A stretch of 64,000 nt of DNA from a virus. A program made the translations under genes and the position numbers. This document shows, one piece after another, positions 16,839 through 28,800 of this stretch; the stretch's first letter is position 1; each line of letters opens with the position of its first letter. Location of the stretch: positions 22,914 to 86,913 of IMG/VR virus record IMGVR_UViG_3300032334_002236. One strand, written 5' to 3'. Below the pieces are notes generated by a model that was not told where the DNA came from, searched no databases, and saw only the letters and a program-made list of their open reading frames with translations.

Positions 16839-19800
16839 TATGCGCTCCTGATATATCTGGCTTGTATACTGTCCGATTCATGCAGTGTCTGACCAGGTTT
16901 GATCCATAGATGACCTTGTCTCAATTTCTGCCCATTGGCTACAGTGACCAACTGTCCGGCCTTGTTAGTTATCACCACATCTATCAGCTGTGTAAAGATG
17001 CTGAAACCTGGTGTGCCAGTCAATGTGATTCCTGTGGCATCATTACCCGTATCAGCAGCAATCACGCCAGTGAAGGCAGTGAGTGCATTTATGGATGTGA
17101 CTATCCTTGATCTATTAGTGGCAGTATTTGTTGTCAACAACAGGTTGACTATGGTGCCATTTATCAAGATCTGGGTGCTGGTACTGGCCGAGGGTGCAGT
17201 CATGGCACTACCAGGCACAACGGTAATTGCACTGAGTGGACTGGTACCTTGCTGGAGACCAGTATATCCCAGATCAGCACCGTTGCTGTCAGTAAATCCA
17301 CCACTTATATCCACAACTATATCCTGGCCTATCAGATCACTCAGTTTGATGCCAGTGGTATCACTGCCACTGTCTATGGCTGTGACCCCGGTGATGCTGC
17401 TGACAGCATTTATGGCATTGGTTATCTTGCTGCGATTAGCTGTGATATTGGTTGTGAGATAGCCTATGCTTATGTCCTGCCCATCTATCCTGATGCTGCC
17501 AGTTATCTCAGTACGCGGTGCAAGCATGCTGGTTCCAGCAACAACATTCACAGCAGCAAATGATCCCAATGTCAATCCCAACCATGTGGCATCTATGCCT
17601 TCAGTCAATAATTCTGTCTCTGTGCTCTGTGGTATGTTCATCATGTCGCTGGCATCTTGAAGTATGCTGAAAGTGTCATGCCTATCTGCTGCTCCAGTTC
17701 CAGCCGTGCCCCTTCTGAGTAATCCCAAGCGGCTGTTGGCCAGATCCTTGACTCCATATGTTATGCGTTCACCGTTGACAAACACCACACCAGGTTTGTT
17801 CACACTGGGATCACTGTCTGCCAACCTGCTGAGATCTGCCACATATATCCACTCATCCGCCTGATACAGATCTTGTGTGAGATAGGTCATATGGTCCTGT
17901 TTGATCACCTGGTATGTGGTGGTATCAGTGAGATCCTTGAATATCCTGAACTTGCTCCAACGGTTGCGGTTGGCACTGCCGAATGCTCTAACCACGATGA
18001 TGTCAGCATCAGCAATATATTGATCGAATATGATCCTGTTCTTGCCTATCAGGCGATAATCCAGATATGGCATCTGTAACATGCCGTTGATGGTTATCAT
18101 CACTGCACCTGGATCTTCTATATCCACAGGCAACACGAATGGCAAGTCGGTCCTGATCTGGGATAACTCGTTATCGAAAGGACTGTCATCCAGGATATCG
18201 CCATCGAACCCTGCGTTAACATTGACATATGTGCCCATGTTATTTCCAGTGTACACCCAGGTCTTGAGATCTATCATGTCGTGGTTTGTCAGTGTTAACA
18301 CATGCACACGATCAGTGTCATGTAATCCCAAGCTGGGATCGATAGTCACTGAGTTGGTGCTGTGTATGCGATAATCGCTGTAACTGCTGTCACTGATTAT
18401 GATCTGGCTACCTGGTAACGGAGTCACATTGAATTGTATCTGGGGCCATTGGCCTGCCACACGTACTACCTGATATTCTATGCGATTCTTCATGGTAATA
18501 CCATCTACTACCACGACAATGTCGCTGTCCCGTATCAGATTGAGATTGGAAACATATCTAAGCTGGCTGAGACTGAATTTGCTGGTCATGCCATTGGCAG
18601 TATAATAAGCCTGGCTGCTGGGTGTCAGATAGGTGTTGTTTACTCTCACGATGGTATGTACTATGGCTGGTTCTTCCTGCAATACCGGATCAGCCAATAC
18701 CAGGTTGTAATTGACTGGAGCGCCTGCTGATGTGGAATAAGTGTATTCGTTTATACGAGCATAGCTACGCAGTCCGTTATCATAACCATAGCTGTGCAAT
18801 GATATCTCATCATTCAGCTTGGGCTTATGTGCCAATGTGACCAACACACCATTATCAGTCTTACTCAGGGTAAAGTCAGTATAATGATCTTGTTGTATGC
18901 GCACATACACCTGTTTGCAATCGACCAGGCTGACATCTGGCAGCAGGAATGTCCTGGTGACGCCGTCACTGATATATCTGGCATTGCTGCTCTGTGCAAA
19001 TCCCGTGCTACCCCAGATATTGATCTGCAGAGTAAGGCCAGCAACTGCTGGATTAGTCAATATGACATTCTTTCCTGACAGATCCAATGTGTAATCCAGA
19101 TCCAGGTCAAGTGGTCCATATTTTTCCACCGCCACCCAGACAAACTCGCTGCCTGCCTGAGGCAGTGAAACATCGCTCCAACTGTAAACTTGTTGGATAC
19201 CATCTGACACATACGCCACCTGGCGTATCTCAGGATTGATATAATGTGTGAGCATATCTGTGGCGCTGGTAGTCACTGTTATGTCCAGTGTATCCATCAA
19301 TCTGCCTGGCAACAATTCTTCAGGTGCTGGCACATTATTGGCATCCACGAATTGGCCGCCTTCAGTGATGATATCTTCTGGCCTGATACCCAGCATCTGG
19401 TCTGTGAATTGGCTGGTATAGATGGTATCTATGGCTTGTGGACCACGTATGATATCCAATCCCAGTTCATCACGATATACAGGATCATATGGAGCCTGAT
19501 CATAAGCTGGCTGGTCATATCCGCTTGCCTGATCGAATCCTGGTCCTATCACTTGCACACCAGCATGCTTGATACCGGCCATCAGTTGGCTGAGATCACG
19601 ACCAGCTTTGCCTGGACCAGTCTGGTAATAACTCCAGATACGGTCAGCAGCATTGTCCAACCAATTGCCTGCATAAGGTCTCAATTTAGCAGCATCGAAA
19701 TCGTTGCCACTGACAAAACTTTCAGTAACCACATAGGCCACTGGTCCAGTATGATCCCACAGGCTGTCACGATAGATCACCACATCTTCCTTGTTGTAAC

Positions 19801-22800
19801 TGGTGTCAGGTGTCCATATCCTTATTATCATCAGTCTGAAGTTCAGCATGTTGAACCGGTTGTTGCTGACATGGTCCACCACACACCTGAATGCTGGATC
19901 GATGTAACTCACCACCTGATCCAATTTGTAACTGGTATCAGGTTTCCAATCTTGTACCTGATTGCTGTAGGTATATCTGTCGAATTTCAGCTGGGTCTTG
20001 ATGTTCCTGGCCAGGCCCAATCCCAGGTGTACCGCAGCAACAGCAGGCGTGTCATTTATGCCAGTGATGGTCACTGATGCTTGTGTATATCCTTTACCAG
20101 GATCGGTCACTGTGATCTTAGTGATCACACCGTTAACCACGGTTGCTTTGGCCTTGGCACCAGTACCATTGCCATATATCTTGACGCTCACTGTGCTGGC
20201 AATATATCCTGTTCCAGTGTGTATCATACGAACACGCTCTGCACCATAAGCATGGTTATTGAGCCAAGGTGCATACACTGTACGGGCCAATGCTACCTGA
20301 TCTATCTGGTTGTTAAGTTGTGGACTACGATACCTGCTGGCATCTATATTGTAATAAGGCTGCAGATCAAAATCCGTTATGTCCAGTTGAGCCACGTCTG
20401 GATTTTGCATGTTGTCGTATCTGGCCACATATTTTTTCAGATACACATGGAAAGGTTTGATCTCCTGGAAGAACTCGCTTATGCTGTTTTGTATATCTGG
20501 CAGGAACACTGGAAGTTGGTCCAGTTTTCTCACTCTCTGATACATGTCCACCAGGCTGGTTTTCATGACCCAATCTGCATCCAGGGTCTGGCTCAGTTGC
20601 AGGTTCATCAGGCTACGCATGATGGATTTGAGATCAGTACGGAATTCCTGGGTCATCAGATGTTCTATCACAGCTTGGAATATCACGCTTACTTCTTTAT
20701 TGCAATCTTTGCCATAACTGGTGCTGTCCAAACTGCTGCCGTCCAGGCCCAGACCATTCTGGCTGTTATCCCATAGGTTGTCGCTGAATGACACAGTGGC
20801 ACCTTGTTGAGCCAACAATGTCAGACCGTTGCCAGTTACCAGGCACATCTTCCAACCACCAGCATCACTATTACGGATGTATATGACATCCCCTAATGCC
20901 AATGGTAGGTTGTTGATCTCACCTTCATTATCGATGTTGTAATTGGTCTTGGTATCCTGTGTATATTCAGGACTATACCAATCAGTACTGGTCCAATACT
21001 TCCTGACATCATAGGTCTGTACTCTCACCAGGTACCAATAAAATTTATTCTGTGGATCTTTTCTCAGTTCCCTGATGCTCCATCCACCAGACACATCTGA
21101 ATCTTGGCTTACAAGTACCTTGGCACCCAAGGTGTATAATCTCTGATCCAGGTAACCCAATTCTGTCAGATCCTGGACGCTTGTGACATAATGGCTGCTG
21201 TCTGGCACTGGATCATGGCGACCCAGAGCAGCCAAGAAGCTGGGCCTGATCAACGTGATGCAGACATTCTTACAGAATTCATTCAGTTGTAAGAAATAAC
21301 TCTGGCGTGCCTGGTATAGATCACCAAACACTGTCTGCCTGGGTCTCACACTGGTGCCGTATCGTTGTTTTTCCGGCAATCTGGTGTCAGGCACAGGCCT
21401 GTCCTGATCGTCTTGCCCAGATAGGCTGTGGCGTATCTTGTCATAGATTTCTTGGTTAGTTCCCAGATCGCTGCCATCGTCGAACACCGCCCATTCACTG
21501 TGAGTGACACTTGTATCTGACTCACTTGTGCGTAATATCAGGCTGGTGTCTGAACCTATCAGGCCCTGGCAATTATATAATCCCAACAAGTTTGTGTCAA
21601 GCACACTGATATACGCCTGATCCTGCTGTCTGGGACTGGCTAATATCTGTTCCATCTCTATGGTGCTGACGTCGTTGAGATTGCTATTTCTCACCCAGAA
21701 ATAATAACGCACCTGTGCTGCACCAGTGATATTGTCCACGATGGTGCGGGTACTGTACACATCTGTCTGTACATACAAGGGCTTGGTTTTACCATTGGCT
21801 GTGGAAAATTCCAGTGGCGGAACATCAGATTCTATCCACTGATAGATGCTGATGCTGCTGTTGGGGAAAGCATTGTTCCAGGTATTCAGTTTGAAGATGA
21901 TGTCACCCTGATCCTGATCCATCAATTTGATGTTATTGGTATCCCACCAAGTTTGTCCCACTTGTTGGTATCCCCAACTGCTTCTTTGATCTGTATTAAA
22001 AGTCAGTCTGTTGGGCGCATTGGTATAAACTGCTGGATCGGTATTACTGATGTAATTTAGTTTGCTGGCCACTGTGGGAGCAAATTTGCTATGCAAAGGA
22101 TCCAGCACTATCAGATCTTGCATCTTGGTACGGGTATTACGATCATAAAGATAAGCATGCGTGATACGGCTGCTGTCATATTCTGCACCTTTGCGTCGCA
22201 ATGTCTTCCATACACGTTCAGCAACGGGATTCTTGTAGATGTATAATGTGCCCTGTGGTTGGTCGTTGACATTGCCACTGGGGCTGCCGATGGCTAACCA
22301 ATTTTCACTGATAGCTACACCTGTGCCAAATTTGCTCTGTGTGGACAGATCTTTATGGCTCAATGTGCTTGCGTACACATATTTGTCTGGTCTGTCAGTG
22401 TCGCCAGGTCCCTGCAATTCATATAGATAGGCTGTGCCACTACGATAGGTCTTGTCTTTGAGGTCCACTAATGTGCGATTATCGAATGTCAATGCACCAT
22501 TATCGAATGTTGTTATCTTATAGTTGTCACTTACGCTAGTTCCCACCAGCAGCAGTTGCCCATCAGGACTCAATGTTATCCTTTCTCCGAATTTTTCTGT
22601 GTCCTGGGTCAACGGGCTCAGTATAAGCTGGCTATGGTTCCAGGAACTCATGCCCAACAGAGACAACACATCTGTCAATCCATTACGTAGGCGCATGATA
22701 GCTGGAGGTGCTGCTATTATTTGTATCTTGCTGGATACCAGAGCAGCAGATATTCCCAGTATACCAGCATTGTTTATGGTATCCAGGATATCCTGTGTGC

Positions 22801-25800
22801 TGCCAGTGGCAAATCTCAACAGATGATCATTTATATACAAACAACTGTTGGCTGGTATCACCGGTAATACCACATTGCTGGTCACCTGATTGTACTTGAG
22901 ATGTGTATCCAGGTAACGGAAGATAGCGCCATTCCTGTTGTTGGTATAGCGATATCCAGGAGCACCCACCACCAATTCAGCACCGGTCTGGTCTAATTTT
23001 ACTTCTTGACCGAATTCCAAGGAATCATTCACCAGAGCAGGCAATACGTTTGCTGTACTGATCAGCCTGGAGTATTCAACACTTATCTGAGCACCAGCAT
23101 CCACAGGTTGTGACAGTACCACTATCTGGTAACTGATGTTGCAACTGTTGAAATTATAGGGATTGGGATCAGTGTACAACACCACATTGCTGATGTCACG
23201 ATCAGTACACAATTTCAAGGTGTCCTTGTCCACATATTGCACATAGTATGCAGTGTTGTTGACAAAATTTGCAGGCACTGGACCACTGATCTGTACTTGA
23301 TCCTGATCTGCCATGCCATGATCCAATACGGTCAATACTGCTTGCCCGTCGATCTCTATGATCCTCTGTATGACTAAACTTTGCCTGCCCAGCATATAAT
23401 CTGTTCTTATCTGCTGATCCACTGTTATAACAGGATCCATGTAATAGGGTTCGCCAGTGGATATGGTATTAGTATTGTTTTGGCCCAGGACATCTATGTG
23501 GAATTTGGTCTGTGATGCAGTAGCTTTTACTATTCTGACCTCACGTTCCAGTATCTCTACTGTTCCATAGCCACCATAACTCTTGTGTCCCACAGCTATA
23601 CGCCTACCTGTGGCATCTGTGCTGATGCTCGATCCCCAATCACTACTGTTGGTACCCTCGTATGCTCCCACCAGTTTATAGTAATCTCTATAATGGATGG
23701 TTATCACACTGTCAAGATCTGGAGCTACTGTGAAAAAGATGTTGTCTGGATTGGGACTTAGTGTATAATCCAGGTTGGGTATCTGCACTACCTGATCTAT
23801 CATCACAGTAACATCATTGGCTTGCAACAGTTTTGTCTGTGCAGCACTGGGGAAAGCATATTCCTGGCTGGTGCTATCACCTGTATAACTGACGCTACCA
23901 GATATCACAGTGGTGTAACGGAAGCTGTAAAGCTGCCCATTGACGCTATCTGTCACATACAGCCAATTGCCATCCTTGCTGACAGTCATACCAGCCATAT
24001 CACCATCAGTGAATGCATAATAGATTATCTGTTTGATGCTGATTTCACGATCCACGATTTCAGCCACGTGTACTATTCCCCGGCCAGCACAAGTGCCTGA
24101 GATGCACACCCGATCTTGATCACTGATACTGATTTCTTTACCGAAATCACTTATGGCTGCATTTGCAGGATTGAGCCTGGATGTCTGGTTCCAGTTGTTA
24201 CTGGTATCCAATGTGTACAGATAAACTGCACCTGTTGAACCTCTGCCCGGACTGTTGACCACGCTGTAATTTTGTCTGCTGTTGATCACCACCCGCTCAC
24301 CGTAACGGTCCACCGGGTGGGTGTATATGGGACTGATCATCTTGTCGAATTGCCAGCTGTCTGTGTTCTGTAACACGCTGTAATCTTTAGGATCATGATC
24401 GATGTAAACTATGTCTCCATTCTTCCAACCACGGGCTGGTTGGAAATCTCCGAAACTAAATTTATCGGTGAATCTGACATTTACCAGTTTATACACCAGT
24501 GAACGGATGGTCTGTGTTCCTATGCTGATGTTGTTCTTGACGTTTACTGTGAAGTATGCCCCTGCCACTGCTTTAATGGTGTAGAATCCTGCCAGATCCA
24601 CCTGGTTATTGGTGTTATTCAACACAGTACTGTGCAACATGATCACATCTAATACCTGGAATCCATGGGCAATATCTGTGGTGAATGTCAGTTCGTTAGG
24701 TGCAGTCTGGGAACAGTTTGTCACATAGATGCGATCAGTGAGAGTGACACGATAGGTGGCCCATTGACCAGCATTGTCGTTAGCCACCCATACCAGGCTT
24801 CCTTCACCCAATAAGCTGTTGATACTGTCTATCTGATCTATCTTCTGTATGTTGAATACTGTGGCGCTGACTTCACTGCTACGCACCGGCCCTGTATCAC
24901 CTAATATCTGTGGTTTGGCAACACCTGCAAATATATTCTTGTCATATTCATATGGACATTGTATCAGATCAGTTTGACGATAATTGTTGGCTCCTGGCAG
25001 ATCTTGATCAGTGGCATCTTGGAAAGCCAGAGCATACTGGTTATTGATGCTGCTGATTCCTGCCAGATCCAGTTCGAACAGTTGTTGTTGTTGTGTATTA
25101 CCGAATCTGTCCAGGCGTACTGCAAACAATTCCTGGATCTCTATACTAGTATCCAGGCTCTCATTCTGTGCGCGGATGAATGCCTGCACCACTGCCTGGC
25201 TGCCTTTCTGTTTCAGCATGCCCAGATAGAATTTGTGTTGGCTGACCACATCCAATCCCAGAGCATTGAGATATCTTCTCTTGCTGAAACCAGTGGCATG
25301 CCTGCCATACATGTCTGCCAATGCGTTGACATTCTGCTTGTCCACGTCATAGAATCCCAGGAATTGGCTGGCATCGTATGCTGGATTGGGTATCAACTGA
25401 TGTTGCAGCAGGTCACCTGAAATCTCATACCATAGACCGTGGTTGAATTTACCAGCACCAGGTGTGAAGTTCTTGGCAGTGTAATAATGGTTCTTGTGGA
25501 AGGTCACGTCGCCGCGATAATAATCAGTGTAACTTTGCCAATTTTCCACAGGCCTGACATTTATCAGATATCCTGGTGCATAAAGGCTGCCGTTCCAATC
25601 CTGTGTCTTATTGCCTTGTATCTTGATCCTGCTCTGGCGATTGCCCATGACAGGATCAAATATCACATCATTGAAAACTGTGCGGTTGTCCAGCACCAAA
25701 GCATGTTCATATTGTACCACGCTCAGGTCCAACAGGTGTATGCCTTTGTTCTGGGATCTGGTCTGGATATGGAAATCGTTGCCATCACGGTATATGCGAT

Positions 25801-28800
25801 AGTCGCTGCTCTTGAGCGTCCTGCCATCGCTGTCTACCAGCCTGGTATAATCGCTGCGATTGCTCAGTGTTTCCACAGCACCATAATCGCTGTGGAATTT
25901 CAAGGATACACCAGCAGGTGTCACACTGATCACCACGTCCTGACCCCAGTGCTGTTGGTTCCAGAACAGGAACTCTTTCACAGCTAGTGTCCAATTACTC
26001 ACAGTCTGTTGATCGTCTAATATATCATCGAATTGGAATCCCTGTTGTGCAAGATAATGTCCATACCCCATGAGGAAGTTCACAACAGCCTGTTTGTTGG
26101 CCAATATCTGTCCATAAGGCATGCTGATGACGTTTGTGCTGAATTTTTCGTAGATCAGTATGCTGTCTGTTCCCACAGTCAGGGTGTAGGAATTATTAGT
26201 ATCCAACACAGGAGTCAGCAGGAAGTAGGGCTTAACGGTATCGAATCCGTATATCTTATAAGTGTCTCCTATCCGTACTATGGTCACTGCGCTGTAGATG
26301 GCACGGGCAATCACACTGCTCTTGCTGAAAACCACATGATAATTTTCATTAGGGATCATTATGCTGTTGTTGGTGGTCTGTGGGCTGACCTGATCTGCCA
26401 ACAATATCAGCTGCTGTTTGTCTGTATAACCAGCCAGTTTGTACACCAGATTGATCTGGCTGTTTTCCACGAAATCATACCAGGTGTGTTGCAGTTGCTG
26501 GTTGCGTGACAGAATGAAATCTCTGACCCACACGTTAGTTCCAGCATGGAAATCTGTGCTGTCACTCAGCTTGTGATTCCATTCACGTGTATTGGTCTGT
26601 TTATCCACTAATTGTCCGGTCAACACATCACGGATCTGGTCTCTGGTATTGAACCTGAGGCTGGCATATTCGGCAGGGCGAGCTAATGCACAAGCTATCT
26701 GTATGGCAAAAGGATAATAGCTGCTGCGCCTCCAGGAATTCTCAGCAGGTGCCCAGTCGCCCACTTTCCAATCATTAGTGGTACTGAAATCCTGATAATT
26801 CTTTACCAGGAAACTGTCAGGGCTTAACAAGTTGCCATGTGAATCCACAGGGATTATCTGGCTAAGTCCTGGCCTGCTGTATCTGACATCTAACCTGGCC
26901 TGGCCAGGATTGCTGCCCCTGATGAATCCCATCTCCAGATCCATCCACATTGTCATGTTGGCATTGGTATATGGAGCTGAGCCATAAGCTGCTGTCCACC
27001 AATCAGGCATGTCGGCAAAGCCCAACATCTGCCAGGGCTTGTGGTGTGGTTGATCAGTATCATAGAAATATTGATAGATGCCACGCCAATGCCCTGGCAC
27101 CTGCTCACTGTATATGACATCACGGCCACTATTATAATTAATGGTGAAGGCATCATAACCTGTGCCAGTGTTTTCAAAGATGTCGATGGCAAACTGCCCG
27201 CTCCATTCCAACAGGCTCTGACCGATGAATTTGTTCCATTCGGTCATGGTATAATCAGTCTTACGGAAAGCGCCAGGCTTCATGCTATTGATGCCAGTGT
27301 TCTCATCATCCCTGTAAAATGTCTGGCAATTATTGTATACCCTACGCTCATATTCCATGAGGATGTTATCGCGATAATCACCATATGCTGGAGTGATGCT
27401 GCCATCATGTCCTATGATCACCTGGATGGGTGTGGTATAGGTGTTGTCAGTTTCTATCACAGGCATGCTCAGCGGATACAATCCCAGCTTGCTGGGTGTG
27501 GCAGGTATCACATTCGCCTGTGTTGATGCATATTCCAGGATGGTTATGGTATCATTGAGGAATATGGCCAGGTCATTGCTGAGTGTCAATGTGTAACCCT
27601 GTACTGTATAATCTTTGCCACGCAGCAACAATATGTTATTGCGATAGGCCAGTATGGATGTGTAATTGCTTTCCTGTAGATCATAATTCTGGTTAAGATT
27701 ATATGACCTGTATCCCAAGTTGATCACAGGATACTGGTTGGAGTAATCAGGCAGTCCATGGGCTGCCATGTCAGTGTGATAATAAGGATCGGTAGGTTTA
27801 GCATCCTGCGATAATGTGGCTAATACCAGATCCAAACACTGCCTGATATTGGAGGTATCAGCAAAATTGGTATTATTGATCTGATCATGTAGATTGATCA
27901 TGAACTGGCCATATGCTGTCATGTTTTGCCGTATGGCACTGATAATATTGCAATCCGGATTGAGGCTTAATGTGGTATGTGCCCACATTCCAGCACTATG
28001 TTGCAATAGTTTACCAGGAACACCAGTGAGATCGATGTCACGGCTATTGTTTATACCAGATGCTTCGCCTGAAAACTCCATGCTATTGCTGGATATTTCT
28101 ATCAGATGGTTTCTCATCTGTCCCAATGTGACATCTGTTATCAGTTCGTTCTTATTGTTCACACCCAGATTAACTGGTATCTCATAAGTGGCATAAGTGT
28201 CTCCAGCTATGCCTGCGATCATCACTGTCAAACGATCACCTACTGATAAGTCTTGATGCAGGTGTAGGGTGACATATTTGTCTTGTACGATTATGTCATA
28301 ACTGTTTTTATCCATGAGGCGGGCATTGACCCGTATCTTGGCATCTATCAATCGTCCACTCTCTTCATAAGTGGTCTTGAATATGAAGTCATTCACACGA
28401 ACAATGTTAACATCTACGCTGTATACTACTTTTTGTCTGCTGCGTTCCCTGACCCGATCCCAGCCTGTGAGATACTTTATTCTGCTGTCAGGATCGATGC
28501 TGGCAGCATATCCTGTGCGGATGTGTCGTTGTGTGTTCTTGCTGTCTTGGGTGTAGTTGAACACATCTGTGTGGTAATAATTGGTGAAAACTATGTCACC
28601 TATGTTACCGATGTTCTGATATTTTAATGGTATTCCCAACACCTTATCTGATGTGCCAGTTGCATCAGCATAGCCAAACAAGCGGCTGCCTTTGAAATTG
28701 GTGCCCAGATATTTCTGGTTGTGCCCAAAGCTGTCAGTCTGCTTGTCAACTATCTCGAACAACGGGGGCTGTGGTATTCCCAACTTCTGTTGGCTGCGTT

